From Paraspadella gotoi (lineage: Eukaryota > Animalia > Chaetognatha), in assembly GCA_051294375.1 (NCBI GenBank), contig CM119265.1, positions 16,714,126-16,778,125 on the forward strand: a stretch of 64,000 nt of DNA, read 5' to 3'. The translations under genes were made by a program, and so were the position numbers. Shown here piece after piece: positions 37,048 through 52,037 of the stretch (positions within the stretch are counted from its first letter, which is position 1; every line of letters begins with the position of its first letter). The notes under the pieces are model-generated. The model saw nothing but the letters and a program-made list of their open reading frames with translations. It searched no databases and was not told the DNA's origin.

Positions 37048-39728
37048 TCAGCCGGCCACCGGTTCTTCTTCTTCCTCCGCCACCTTGTCTCCATCGTTGT
37101 CCGGGTTTTCACCGATTACTTCCTCTTCTAGCTCCATCTTTTGTTCCTCCCCTTCCTCTTCCTCCTCCTCCTGCATCCCTTCCTCCTCCTGCATCCCTTC
37201 CTCCTCCAGCATCCCTTCTTCCTTCTGTTCCTCATCTTCTTCCTCTTTCGCAGCCTCCTTCTCCGGTTCTCGCAGAGGATCGAATCCCTCGTCAAACCTC
37301 TTCCCCACGAGCCCTTCCTCCGAACAGACCGAGAAGTGGGGATCTTCCTCGAGGCTCCACTCCTGGAGAAGATCTGAATCCATGTGAAAGGGGTGGAGAG
37401 GAGCGCGTTATGGTGAACGTGGGATATGACGAGATGTAGGAAAAGCTAGACTTAGTTTGAGTATGAAAAGAGCACAGTACTTTGGATCTAATTAATTATT
37501 TCTTAACACTCACACAGTAAAAGTATTTAATTCGGCAACCCGTAAAGAATCTTAAATTGGAGCGAGATCAATTCAACGTTTCTTCAAAAAATCACGTCCC
37601 CGTAATCTTTAGTAGCTCCCTTTTATCATCATCCCTTAATAACTATACTTAACAACGGGACCCTGTCCCTCTCCCGGTCCGCGGACGAAACCATAGGGAA
37701 AAAAAAGTTTGCATTGAAAGCGGCGTTGAGTGACGGACTCGTCTCGATGGACGATATGGTAATGATTCCGCTGACAATTCTCATGTCCGCTTTTCGAAAG
37801 CAAACGAGTATGAAGAAGGGGAGATCCAATCGTGACGAATGAATTGCGGGACCGAGACGGATTGAATACGTATGTATTCATTTCGTATTTTGTATTTATT
37901 ATATTCATTTCATTTTAACATTTAATTTGGCTTTTTTTAAAAATATTTTGTATACTCAATCCTAATTTTCACTTTCATATCTGCCGCTTGGGTCTCAAAT
38001 ATTTCTTAGTTTTTGCAGTCATCAATGATTTTCCATTGATCGTAATCGCGATAACTTTTTTCTTCTATTCGTTTATTAAAATTAATTATTTATATGCTAT
38101 TCAGTACGATTTTATCCAGATAAAATGCCAATAATCAATTTAAATTAATTAAAGAGTAAGCAACGTTTCGACTGCCTGAAAGCCTCACCTTCCATTTCCA
38201 AAAGGGCGTTGTTCTTCCAATTGATTACTCTCATGGTGTCGCCTCGAAGATCGAATCTTGGCGCTTTTCCGGTTCTCTCCGTCATCGAAGCCATGAGTTT
38301 CGCGGCACTCAGGACGCCATATCTGACGCGCATTTGGGTGTTCATCTCAAAGCGTTTCGCTTCCGAAACCGTCGGTGGTGGCGGCGGCGTCGAGGAGGCG
38401 AGGCGTTGACGCAAAGCTTCGGACGAGCTCGATTCCATCGTTTCCATCCGTTCGCCGTCATCCTCTGCCGCGACCTTTGTGTCTTCATCCTTTGGATCCT
38501 CAGATCCTCGATCCTGCGCATCGTCCGCCGCATCGTGTGCCGCGTCGACCGGCGCGTCCTCCTCCGGCTGTTTTTCCACCGACTTTTCTAGCATCTCTTC
38601 CGTCTCTTTTTCCACCGACTCTTCTGGGTCATTTTCCGTCGTCCCTCGACAATCTTCTTCCTCTCTTTCGCACTTTTCTCTGGTGAGTATAAACCCCGCT
38701 CTCATCCTCTTCTCGGCGTCAAGGAGGTCGTCGGTCTTGAGACGGACGATGGCCCACCGGAAGTTGGCGTGGACGAGCCCAACCAAGTAACCGCATCGCG
38801 CGGCTATTCGTTCCAGCTTCTCTAGGAAGATGGAGGCCTCGGTGAGACAGTCCAAATCGATGAGGCAACCGGTGAGAAGATCGAGCACGTCGCACACGTC
38901 TCTCTCCTGGCCGTAGATGTAGAGAATCTCCTGACACTCGCGGAGCAGATCCGACGCTTCCACGTTTTTCCGCATGAACGCCAGCTGTCGGCCCAAATTC
39001 CACAGCACGCGCCCTTCGAGGGCATGGTTGTCGGTGCACCTTACCAACTCGTGCGCTCTTCGGAAGTGGCGGATCGCTTCGCCCGTGTTATTCTCCACCA
39101 GCCACACGGCCCCCATTTCGAGATGGAGTTCGCAAGCGCGACGGAGAGCCGCGCTTTGGTAAGTGACGGTACCGATCCTCCAATTCGAGTCCCGACTCTC
39201 CTCGACAAGCTGATTGGCCAGGCACAGCAAGTCAGCCAGGCCCTTGACGTCCCGGCTGTGGTCGGGATCATCATTGGACGCGAGCATCAATTTGTACAAA
39301 GCCTCCACCACCGGCTCAGTCAACTCTTCCGCCGAGATGTTATTCGTGGGATTTTTGCGCAACTCCAAAGCGGTCTTTAACGACAGTTCGAAGAAGTAGC
39401 GTGCCAACCAAAAGTCTTCCACCCGGTGAAAAAAGATGCCCAGCCTCGTCGTGGCTTGATACTGCGCCAACATCGCCATCTTTGTCCCAAGAATCAACAT
39501 GCCCTACGCGTGTGAAACGTGTGACCAAACATGATATGTAATATCATAATAGTTTTACATTTATTTTGACGAACCCTGCGATATTTAAAAGTAAAATGTC
39601 GCTTTTGTTCTGTTCTTTGAACTTTCTCGGCCGCCGACAATAAGTCTTTGATCATCATCAATTTAGAGGGATCGTCCTCTAGTAATGGCTGCGAGGGAAG
39701 AACTCATTTTTAGCGACTATTTTGAAAG

Positions 39729-39809
<81 letters not shown>

Positions 39810-40464
39810 GGAAACCTGCATTTTGAGCGCGGACTTTTCGTTTGCCGCCTTTCGAGCGAGGCATTGAAGAGCCATTAGGCAGTGAACTATCTCGAAGGAT
39901 CGATGGAAACCTTGGAGGATTCAAGAAAAAATTGAGCTGTGAGTGAGAGCAATTATAAATACATACAATTGTTAAAAAAAACATCATCTTTCGTCGTCAT
40001 AATCTTTCTCAATAGAGAATGACATCGACAACGTCTCACCCTCGATGAGAAGCTCCAAGCAGAACACGTGACCCTTCGAGTATTTGTAGCGCATGACTTC
40101 GAAAGGGGTCAGCCTGGGAAGTCGAACTTGAGTGCCGACCTACGGAGAAAAAAAATTCAAAAAGTGATTTAAATAATATTAATAATTTCTGCTTCCGAGA
40201 TATCTAGACTGGCCAGTGGCCACTCCTCGACCTCAAACCCCCAACCTCAGGTTTCGCTTTCCTTTGGTTTTTATTCGACGTTTGATTTTCGTTGTTCGGC
40301 GCGTCGCTCAAACCGACCGACTCTCCGCCTATTCTCGCTGCCCCGAACCGGCTCCTCCGAATATTCCTGTCCCCACTGCTCCACTCTTCCGCGTGACCCA
40401 GAGTGAAGAAACCGTCGAGCGGCGACTTCCCGATGCGCAGGGTGCGGCGCGGCGCCGGTAACAT
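37048..40464 (-). CDS. TTC29: Tetratricopeptide repeat protein 29-like (ciliary/flagellar TPR), ~6 exons, Glu-rich tail; start codon and last exon uncertain
   Basis: LTPFEVMRYKYSKGHVFCLELLIEG-FHRSFE, LEDDPSKL..AAEK, FFHRVEDFWLARYFFELSL and RVRYGVLSAAKLM..INWK match TTC29 blocks as I recall them. Phase-1 donor 38188 is compatible with the acceptor at 37374-75 leading into the acidic exon. Confidence 0.72.
39733..39805. repeat. (CT)n microsatellite in a TTC29 intron
   Basis: Pure run between inferred exons. Confidence 0.95.
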
Positions 40465-43400
40465 CGGAGGGACTTTGGACCAGACACCCGAGCCGCGAAT
40501 CCAGGTCACGTCCACTTTGTCCCTCGAGATCGTCGACCTCCTTTCGCTATTTTCCGCAGTCGAGTCAGAGCCCGACTTTGTCCTATTTTGGACAACGTAG
40601 GCGATAAAGTTAGGCAAAATAAAGCTACCAAAAAAAAAAAAATGATAACTGCAACAACCTGCGTCGCCTTCTCGTCGGGAGCGGTGGAAGACCGTTTATC
40701 GTCATCGTTAACCAAGTCTATTTTTTTCCTGATATTTATAATCGTTTGGACCTATTTGATTAATTTTAATACTATTTACATTCTATTACAATTGTTTTTT
40801 TATTTTTTTAATTTTTTTTTATTTAGGTTTATAATCCCTATATGGATAAAATGATCTTTTAAATACATTTTATTGGGGTTAAGGATGGCGCTTGTTTTCG
40901 AGATTGTTTTGAAATAATCATGCGTTATTTTTAAACGAGGCTTCGATTCTTACAAATTTTTGCGGCAACATTAGCTTTAACGCGATCCGTTACGTTGGTC
41001 TTTAAGTAACCACTAATTATTTATCAATTATCAATAATACATTAAAGTTTTTCGTCTTCTTTCGTTTTCTTTGTGATTTCAACTATATATATGACAATTA
41101 AATCATATTAAGGATTCCTCATTGCCTCACACCTTCTCTCTCCCCAACTTTTCATTCATTTTTTTTTCCTATCCAACGTCTTCGGCTTCTGATTTCAATT
41201 ACCGACCTTTTTTTTTCATTCGGCCTCGGCGGAAGATTACATCGGTGACTCTTCGACCTTCGTCGACTTCGCGGAATAATTTCTTTTTTTCCCCCAGTCG
41301 TCAAGTCGTCGTCATAATCTTATTCGTTTTCCGCGTCGGCGTCATCGTTGTTCGGTTATTTTCTCCGTGAGATAGACCGTTTTATTTTTCTACGTCTCCA
41401 TTTTTATATTTTTTTAGTTTATAGATAAGATGTCTCAATAATTGTGCTAACTACGAGTGGAAAAAAATGCGAGAAGTTTAAAAAAAGATTGGAAAAAAGG
41501 ACCCATCGCCTGGAACACTATGACTATGACTATGTATAACCAAACTTCTATGCGGGCTAGATTTTAAGTAAAACGTATTATATTTCTTGTATCGATTATC
41601 ACAACATTGTCATTGTACTCTCTCTATAGCAAAATGACGAAGGCCGGCGGTGCTTTACCTTTTTGTTTAAAATTTCCGAGCATCATTTCTCTTGGTATCG
41701 CTGACGAAGCTGCATCCTGGCGGCCGCTTTTGTGAACGGGGTCGGCGTGCTGGGGTAAAAGGGCCCGATGATGGAGCGGGAGAATATAAAGAAACTTCGC
41801 TGCAATGGGTGGGGAGGAAGCGCCGCGAATCCCCCGGGAGTCACGTCGATCGACTTGGATCGTTTCCGACTCCCGACTCCCGAATTTCAACAGAACCTTT
41901 GGCCTTTTGTTTCGAATTTTGAATGAGGCCTTGCGGAATGTAATTGAAGCGATAATGTTGGTCCTCGAGTGGATATAATAAAAACGTAGCTAAGAGAATT
42001 AGGAGATTACAAGTTGGAAAACGCCAAAGACGTCTGAAGAATCGTGTTTTTTATTATTTTGTTCCTAGAAAAGAAAATATGTGCAAGTAGTATGGAATCG
42101 GAACATTCGGAAGATTAAAATGACAGAACTTTTGTCAGAAGTCAAAAGGAAAGTTGGTGACTCTTCGCAGCCTGAGAGGCCTGTGAGGTCAATTCATCAA
42201 GCGGCCAAAAAAAAAAGAGACATCTCAGTAGAGCGTCGCTGCTAATACTGTCGCTATTTTTCGGTTGTACGGTGAACAATTGCACACCCATTAAGGTTAT
42301 TCGTGGCTCGTCGCTTTCAATCGCCAGGCGTGAGGGACGCCCCACGTACTCCTGAATGATTTATACTTTACCGTCACGGCATCTGGCGCTGCTACCCCAA
42401 AAAAATAAAAATAAAAGGATCAAACATAAAACAAAAAAAAACCTTAATGGTTGTTTGCGAATATCGACGGACAGAAAAAGGACCCATGGGGTTGGGGAGT
42501 GGAGGACGCCACCATTTACCACCTTCTACACCCCAACTTCCACGAAGCATTTTTTTTTATTTTGGGGCGAAAATTGAAATTGATGAGACTCGAAAAATTC
42601 ACGTCAAACACAAAGAAGTGATCCGTCATGAGGGGAATTAAAAAGATGGAAAAAAAAGACAAAATAAAGAAAAAAAATCAGGCTTTTTTTACTTCGCTCG
42701 GCCCGATGAGTGTGACGTATGCAAATGAGCATATGGGGGGAGGAGCGAGCGAGAGAACGAAGGAGAGAGACAGGAGCGAAGCGAGAGAGAGAGAGAGAGA
42801 GGAGATAGAGATAGGTAGGCTAGATCCTGAGAGAGAGAGAGAGAGAAGAGAGAGTCTGTAAATACGATGATGAGCCTCGGATGACGTAAGTCAAACGCGG
42901 GAGGAGAAGGGCGGGGTAGGTGACAAATGTAGATGTCGGGGGAGGGCGGCGATGAGAAGGGAGAGACGCAAGAACTCACATCTAGCGAGTCTCCACTAAA
43001 AAGGTGAGATCAGACCATAAGTTAATAACGAAAGAAGTAAATGTAAAACAGGGAGGGAGATACGTAAGGAAGAAAGGAAAACGGCGCTAAAAAAATGAGT
43101 CGACTTTAAAGTCTAAACGGAAGTCGAGGTCTTTATGGAAAACGAGTTCGTGCAAAGTTTAAGGCAAGGGATTCTGAGGGAAGAAGAGAAGCGAAGGGTC
43201 GACCGTAGACCCGAAAAAAGGTGATGTGTTTGGAAAGGGAAAAAAAGGGTTGTGTACAACTCAATTAAGTGAGGAGAATGGGAAAACTTGAAATGCGGAA
43301 ATAGTAGGAGTGAATTTTCATGGAGAAAAATAATATAAAACTTTAAAAGCCATAAGCAAGAGTCCAATTGTCCATAGTCCAAAGTCAGGAGGAAACTTTT

Positions 43401-43865
43401 ATTATTTTGTTTGTTGTATTAATTTGAAAGGAAGTCAAAAAATAAAATCGGGTTAAGGATCAAGAAAAAGGGAGAGTCGAACATAGAGACAAAAGATAAA
43501 GTGAAAAAGAGAAGAGGAAACAAGAAAAGACCATCATCGCAACTGCGAAGGAAGGCAGGCCAATATCTTCTCATGGGCCATAAGCCGGAAAATGATGAGG
43601 CGCTTTGAACGGCGAAGCGATTATGTTTGGCGCTTTTACGGGACGCTTTTACGGTAGCTTTACCTGCCTCGTTGTTGTCGTCGTCGTTGTTCCCTTTCTT
43701 TGTCGTCTTCCTCGTGTCTTGTTGACAATCTCTTGCCATTGCCGAATGTCGTCGTTGTCGGGGAAAAAAACACCCTCGAGCAACCGGGCAGCGTTACCTG
43801 GCCGGTCGCGGCGACTGCGGCGACGTGCGACTGGCGTTTTCCGATTCTTTTCCGGGATTGTTTTT

Positions 43866-44000
43866 GTGTCAGCGAAATCTTCGTACAAATGTCAGTCTTT
43901 GACGACAGGCCGACGACGAACCCAAAATCGTGTCAGTGTGCCAGCGAAAACTTCGTACAAATGTCAGTTTGTCACGACAGGTCGACGACGAACCCAAAAA
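43866..44000. repeat. Two-copy ~65-bp tandem duplication
   Basis: GTG(T/C)CAGCGAAA.CTTCGTACAAATGTCAGT..CGACAGG.CGACGACGAACCCAAAA x2. Confidence 0.85.
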
Positions 44001-44399
44001 CGGCAACGACGAAGGACTAACTGGTCTCCGACATTATAAATAATGGAATTATTTTATCCTAGTTAATATTTTTTTATGAAAAGATTGAGCAAAGCGAATG
44101 TCTGTCTATCACTCGAGGATAAAGAAGTTACGTCACCCTAAGACGAAGATTTATTTCCCAGTATTTTCCTTATTTCTTTTCTGCTCCTGCGATTTCCCTA
44201 CCTCCAAGCCCTACTTTCCATCTTCTCCTGCGTTCCGTATCGCGATTTCAACTCTTTGATCCCCAAAAACTTCTTCCCCCCCTTGTTCCCCCCCCTGAGT
44301 CTTTTCCACTCCCCTCCCTTTCTTAACAAGAAAAAAAATGGTGATGATGATCGTGAAATTTTGAAAGAAACCAATCTTTCGCTTTGCCGCCTTTCTCGC

Positions 44400-44452
<53 letters not shown>

Positions 44453-44455
44453 TCT

Positions 44456-44493
<38 letters not shown>

Positions 44494-44843
44494 CCCTTTT
44501 AATTTTCAATTTTCTTATTTGGGGAAATTTTTGGAAGCAATGACTGAAACCAAATCGCGGATCATTAAACTAGAATTTATGAATTTTCGGGGGAAGGGCG
44601 GACGTCGGAACCCTCCCCCCTCAAACAATTCCCGTGTCCCTCCATTTTCCCCCCCATGTCCTCGCCTCTTCCGCCGACACGTCCCCCCCCGAACATTCCC
44701 CCATCGATTCGAAATTCCCGAGATTTTAACGAGACTTTCTAATCAAGTCGGGGCTAGGGGGGCGTTAGGGCGGACAAGGGCGGGCAATACAATTAAACTT
44801 GGTAAATTGAAACTCCAAAAATTTTTTTTTGGGGGGTTGACAC

Positions 44844-44882
<39 letters not shown>

Positions 44883-46496
44883 GACAGTAGCTTTTTAAAT
44901 TTTACCACTACAACCTTGAATCGAAAAAACCACAGCGTCATTCTCATTTCGACTTTAAAAAAGGGAAAATCTCTTCCTCCGGATTCCAAGGGTTGCAGTC
45001 GGCGAAAATATTCCGGCCCGCCGCCCAGGGGGTGGAATTAATGAGAGATGGAATGAGGGAAAAAAAAATCCAGAAACTGAGATCTCATAGTCGAATGCGC
45101 GTGCACCCAGTGGAAATAAAAAAAAAAAGGCTTTCCCTAATTTCTGATTGCTTCTCCACGACACCGGCGTCCTCCTCCTCCTCCTCCTCCTTCTCCTCCT
45201 CCTCCTCGTTTGAAGATGAATTTCTTTGTTTGCTTAAATTTTCGTTGCTTTTAGTCGGGAGATCCTCGGTGGACTTCTTGAAGAATCGTGGTGGAACCGA
45301 GTGAGGGAAGAGTGTTTGAGGGTGGTGACTGCAGAGGGTGCCGAGAGTGCTGAGGGGGTGTTCTTGCTTACGAGGGTTATGAGATGGGTAAGGGCGGTGG
45401 ATATTTTAGTTCACTATAAACTATGGCAAATTAAAGACAATTGAATTGTTATCTAGCAGACATTGTCAATGTCTCTCTTTTAAAAACATGTAACGCGAAT
45501 ATCTGTTAAAGTAGAAAATATAGATTTTTTAAAAAAAATGTATGTAAAACATTATCGATTAAAAAAAAAAAGTTATTATAAATTATTTTATCTTTAAATC
45601 ATTTTTTCCTACGCTGCACGCTTGCACAGTAAATATTAATTTCATATGAGTATCAACTACTCGACGCCGCTGCCGCGAACGACGACGAATTTCGGCGCGG
45701 AGTGCCGGTGCCAGATGTACCGGCGCTGGTGGCCTCCCGGCGTCGACGAGGCAATTAAAAAAAGCGCCATTGCCGCCGCCGACTCTGCCGCTGCCGCTCC
45801 TGCCGCGGACGAGATCCAACTTATTGGATATCGGGTTTTTCCGCCCTTAAATGAATGTCGCTCGACGAAACCAACCCTTTCACCGCGTCACCCCTGATCG
45901 ACAGCTCTACCCCTCCGTACACCCCTTCACCCTCAACTCTCTGACATCCCTACCACCCCGAAACTAATGTTACTTTCTGAGTTGTCAGTTAAATAAGATT
46001 TTAAGATTTTTTGATTCCATTTTTAAAGTGAACCCAAAACCTTTACATTTGATATTCACACATCCGACGTTGAGGCCCCCCGTTGCTTCCACTCCCGCCG
46101 CCCCCAACGACCCCTAGAAAGGCGCTTTTTGGTAACCCACTCGCGCGCCAAGCTGCGCTGTGTTTTTTCCCCTCATTTTTCGGCGACTTTTATCAAATAA
46201 AAAATTTCAAAAAGAGAGAGAGAGAGAGAGCTGGAAAAAGAAAAAATTTCATGCATTAGCAGAAAAAACGTCGTTTTGACTTTGAGGTCCCGAAAGACTT
46301 GAAAAACCGAGCGCGGCAGGTTTTTTACCCGGAAACAAAATTTTTTGCTCCTTTATCTTTTTTCCTTCTTTATTTTTCTTTTTTTTTATCTCTTATTCTT
46401 TTTTTCTTTTTAGTTTGGTTAAACTTCATTTTTCCATCCATTTTTCCTTCTATTCTCTTCCTATATTTTTTTCTTATATTTCTTTCTGTCTTTCTT

Positions 46497-46497
46497 T

Positions 46498-46593
<96 letters not shown>

Positions 46594-46595
46594 TC
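46497..46595. repeat. (TTTC)n microsatellite
   Basis: Tetranucleotide run. Confidence 0.97.
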
Positions 46596-47933
46596 AAATC
46601 CGCTTTGGAACAAGAACAACTTTTTTTAGTAGCAGATGTTTTTTTTTTGAAGTACGCAGATGCGGAGCCGATACTAAGTGTTTAAACAAGAAAGTAGATC
46701 TCGTTTACATATCGTCATTTAATCCCTATTCAAACGTTATTCTTTTCTTTTTCCTTTGTCTTCCTCTCATTTGAATCATTCGATATTTTCGTTTCCACGT
46801 TGTATCAAATTGCTATCCTTTTGACAACAAAAAAAAAACTTGATACGTTTTATTTTGATATATGTTATTGTTTAAAGTTCGATTCTGCCACTTCCGAAAA
46901 AGTCTGAGAAATTCCTCAGGTGACCCAAATAACTGATTTTCTTTCTCGTCACGTGACTATTAGTAAAAAGAAATTTTAAACTTTGTATTTTTACGAAGGA
47001 AAAAAATAGGAAAGCCTTTGTCGCTACCGAAGTACAAACGTTTGATCATGAGAAGGAATATCTGATTAGACTTTGCGGATGCCGCAAATAACAGACTCAA
47101 TCGCAAATATCGTCAGAAAAGGGAAAAGGAAAGTGCGACTTCACACGCGGCCACCGCTCTGTTCATTTTAATTTGTTTCAGTCGTATTTTGTACATATTT
47201 TATACGATGAATACGAAAACACCTAACTTTTATAAATTTCTAACGCAACGATAAAGATTATTTTCTTTTTAAAAAAAAATAAGTGCTGTACCCAAAGTAT
47301 GTATGATGTTCAATAAAAGTAACGATTCGCATTAAGTAGTTTTAATAATTTTTCTCTGCATTTGTTGTCACATTAAAATTATACGGTGGCGAATTTTTTT
47401 TTTTTTTCTGATCGTAAAATATAATAACTGTTCGTTCGCTGGAATTTATTTTANNNNNNNNNNTCACCCCCTTTCCCCGTCTCCGTGGACGATGACATCC
47501 GCGTCGTCCTCGTCATTATTCCCGTCGCCGTGACAACGGAGCGATAAACACGAGCGCGCGTCGTTGTCGTCTCCACCATTTCCGGTTTTCATCGTCGTCG
47601 TCGTCGTCCGGCGTCGCCGGTCGGATCCATCCGCGCTTAAGGTCAGCTTTGGTCTCGTATCTATCGAGAACAGGTCATGAATGACTGATATGACAAATTC
47701 TGTTATTTGCCAGAGCTTTTGGATTTGGATGACGTCACCAGAGCGCGCGGGGCAGGGATGGTTTGAGGGAGGGGCAGGGATGTGCAGGGATGGTTTGAGG
47801 GAGAGAGGAAGGGTGGAAGAGGGAGAGACTGAGAGAGAGATAGAGTGGAAGAGCAGAGGAAGAGGTTTTTGACCCTTTCGCCTTGACCAACGGGAGGCCC
47901 GAAGTCCCCCATTCCCCAATTCCCCACGCGTGA

Positions 47934-47990
<57 letters not shown>

Positions 47991-48904
47991 TGATCCCTTT
48001 CACACATCAGCAATTCAATGAATAGATCCCTTTGCTTTGTTTATCGGTCGCTGTTATCTTCACACCACATTCATTTGACCGTTGGAAGGACGAGGACGAT
48101 GACGGCGACGACGATGACGATGACGACGACGCATTTTGAAAAGCGTCCCTTTCATCCAGGATGATCGGTGACGCCATCTATTGCGAGTTCCTCGCGGTGA
48201 ACCGATTTCCTCCCCGTTTTTTTCTTTCTTGTAAAGAGCGAAAAACTTTATCCCGGCTTTTGTGACATGAGCGAGATTGAAGAGTTATGATAGAGATGAT
48301 AAAAAACGAAAGTAGAAAAACTAAAGAGTATAAAAAAAGTAGATATCAAAAAAAGTACAAATAAAAAAACTTTTTAAATCATCTTTGAAAAACGCCAGAC
48401 GCCCAATCGATGACTTTGAAAAAAAATACTAAATTTTGAAACACTACTTCCCCAAATCTCCGAGTTTCGATTGATTGAATTAGAGGACAAAACGTGAGTT
48501 TGTGATTTTAAAGTGATTTTCCGATTCGCACTTTTCGAATTCGTTTCACGTGACTTCATTTATTTTTTTATTTTTAGGTGGAATTTGATTTGGAAGAAAG
48601 ATTGGATGGAAGGGAGGTGGGTGAGGTGGGTGTTGGTTGATGTCAGGAACCATATCGCGGGATAATTCGAAAATCGGGTCAGGTCGTCCCGACTCTCCCT
48701 CGAAAACTGAATTTGGCTTCCGTTAATTTATGAAAATAAAAATTAAAATATTGATTTCTCGTTCCGAATGGAAAAAAAAATGGTAAACAAAAAATATTAG
48801 ATTTCTAGCTGAAAAGGATTCTGATTGGCTGCTGCAAAGGGAAGGAAAAGAAGGTCGATCTTTTTCGTTTCCTCATTATTATTTTTTCTTATTGTCTCAT
48901 CTCT

Positions 48905-48938
<34 letters not shown>

Positions 48939-48944
48939 CTCTCT

Positions 48945-49001
<57 letters not shown>

Positions 49002-49309
49002 ACACGTTTAACCGCGTGAAATATTCGAATTGTATGAGTTAAACGACTCAGTCGTATCATGAAAGGTTAAATCTTATTTCAAGCTTCCATGATTCATTGA
49101 TTCAAGACTGCAATTATCATTTTCAAGACGCCGCAACTTTCTCAACAGGCGAAACAAATACTAAGCAGATAACCTCAACGCCGGAGCGAAAGACGGCGTT
49201 GACGCCGGCGCTGATCACGAAAACAATACTCCGAGGGCGCAGACGTGTAACGACGAGGATCACGACAAAGTCTACGACGACGACGATGGCGACGACGTCG
49301 TGAACGATA

Positions 49310-49792
49310 CTTTGCCGACGATGGCGCCATTATTGCTGATATAACGCAGACCTTTGCGACCCAGAGTCGCGGGTTGCTCTCTCGCGCCTATTCACCTCAT
49401 TGGTCGAGCCCATAGTTCGGATTTTCTCGTGGCTTCTACGTGGCTGCAGTAATATTACCTTATCGCTTTATTATTTTCATATCATAGTAAATCTTTACTA
49501 ACGTTAGTAACTAGTTACATTTCTCAATTCGCGTCCAAGCCTTCGAGCTTTCTCCACCTTTGCCGCTCAATCCCCCCTCGCGTCACCAACGATGGGCGAA
49601 TAAGTCACTCGACGTCTACGTGAGGCCGAAAGAAATGACACGTGACTTATCGAGGTGGGCGTGGCTGCGTGTGAAAGGAAGAGAGCAGCGAGTTGTTGAC
49701 AGGTTAGGTTAAAGCGAACCCTGTCGAATGTTAACTATACATAACGTGAAAGAAAACCGAGACGAGAGACGAGACGAGACGGAGAGAAGATG

Positions 49793-49824
<32 letters not shown>

Positions 49825-51944
49825 AGAGAGAGAGAAGAGAGAGAGAGAGAGAGAAGAGAAGAGGAGAATTGATAATAGATAAAATTCGGGGCATCATCGC
49901 CCCTTCCATCCCGTCGAGAGGACAAGCGTCGAAGTCCGGGAGAGATAATAGACGAGAGAGATGGAAGTAGAGAGAGAGATGAGAGAGCACGCATGAGAGA
50001 CCGAGAGAGAGAGAGAGAGAGAAAGATTGATAAAGAATAAATTCGGGCATCATCGCCCCTTCCATCCCTCGAGAGGTCAGCGTCGTTAAGTCTCGGGAGA
50101 GAGAGGAACCGGGTCAACCGGGTCGGAGGTCGATTCCGTCTGAGTCCTCACCCACGTGACGAGGATGAGGAAGAGGAGGAAAAATATTGGTAAGTTTGCC
50201 GTTTCTATGAAAACCAACTATGGCTGCGGTGGCATGTTTTCACTTGGTCAGTCTAAGTTGCTGATTTTTTCTAAAAGTTTTAAATGGAGTCTAGTAAAAT
50301 TAAAGCAGTACAATGATAATTATCGTTGAAATACAATGTAAGAAAAGAAGAAACAACTATACTGAAAAAAAAACTATACTACAAAGAAAGAGAGAAATAA
50401 AGAAAGAGAGAGACAGAGAGAATGATCGCGACTTCTAAGAAGGGGGCGCTGCCCTGTCAAAGGTCCTTTTCTTATAGAGGAAACAGAAGAACGTCGCATA
50501 AGCTCTTCGGACTCGAACGAAAGAGAGCGAGGGGGAGAGAGAGAGAGAAAGAAAAGAAGAGAGGGTCAACGCCGCATAAGCTTTAACTCTGAGACGTGAG
50601 GCGAATGAGAGTCAAATGTCGACACCACCGAAAAAAAATGACGAAGAAAAAGCACTTTCGAGCATATATATGATTTATAAATATACATGTACGGTTCAAC
50701 TAATTTGTCAAAATTTTTAAAGTTCAAAATATTACGCAACAAAATCATCTCGTTTAACTTAACTCTATACATAAAAAAAATATGTTTTTCGCTCAAAATC
50801 TTGAAAAAAAAAAGGAAAAGGAAAGAAAAACGATTAATAAATTCATAAAAAATATATTCTGGCGGAGAAACGAGCGGCCGCGACCTCGCTTCGTTTATTT
50901 TGGTGACTCTTAAACCTAAAAGCTCTTCGCGAACTCCGCCGAGCCGGTCTCGCCGCCAATGTCGGCCAGGCCAGGCCGGTCCGGCGCCGCGGCGGTCATA
51001 CGTGACATCGAGACGCGAATAAGTGACCCGCTGCGACGACGGCAACGATGACGACGACGACGTCGGCCTTCTCAATCGCAAATCCGGTCAAGGCGAATTT
51101 GTGGAAAATCATAAGAGGTCAAAAAATAGCGTTAGTTATCATGGATCCATCTCGTTTGAAGATTTCATTTTTTTTCTCTTTTCCATAATAACGGGCTCGG
51201 GTTACAACGTTAAACGAAGTATAAACTGATTTAGAATTAAGTTTACACCTCTACTATAATAGTACTAAAAATTTACTCTTTTCTTATAAGTTATAAGGAA
51301 ATTAACATGATAGCAATCCTTTATCCTCTTAAAACCCGAAAATAGCCCTACTTCTGTCAAAGACCGAGGATTACATTGACGATCCATCACTCACTCACCG
51401 AGTCTTCTCAACTTTAAAAAAAACCGGTTTGGCATTTTCATGTTTATGTATCTCTCTCTGTCTCTGTCTCTCTCTCTCGCTCTCCCTATGACCCGAATCG
51501 TCATGTCCTGGAACAATAATTGTCTGTCTTCGTCTCCTTATTTTCTATACGTACCTAGTTCCTCGCTGTGTTTGACTTTAAATTTATCGATGCAGAACGA
51601 ATCTTTTTATTTGTACAAGGCACAGAAAAGATTTTTTAAGAAATATAAGATATGGGGATATGAAAGTTTAACTAATTATTCAGATATGTATTTTTGTAAA
51701 GTTCGCACTTGTAACGACGTTCGCGTTAAAACTAAGTGCGCGCTTCAAAGAAGGGAGGTAAATATGATCATGAGTTTTTGTCACTTCCAGGGACAAAGGG
51801 ATTTCGCTATTGGCGGTTGCCATTTCTCGTCAATAACAAGGAAAACCTTCGTGATCAACTAGGATTTCGTNNNNNNNNNNNNNNNNNNNNNNNNNTATTG
51901 AATGGATCATTTTGCCTATAAAGCGAAGAGAGAGCGAGAGAGAG

Positions 51945-52037
<93 letters not shown>

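Noticed and set aside
42719-42726. Octamer ATGCAAAT, and scattered CACGTG E-boxes in the distal half
   Set aside because: Counts are near random expectation for 64 kb; no link to the POU gene can be supported.
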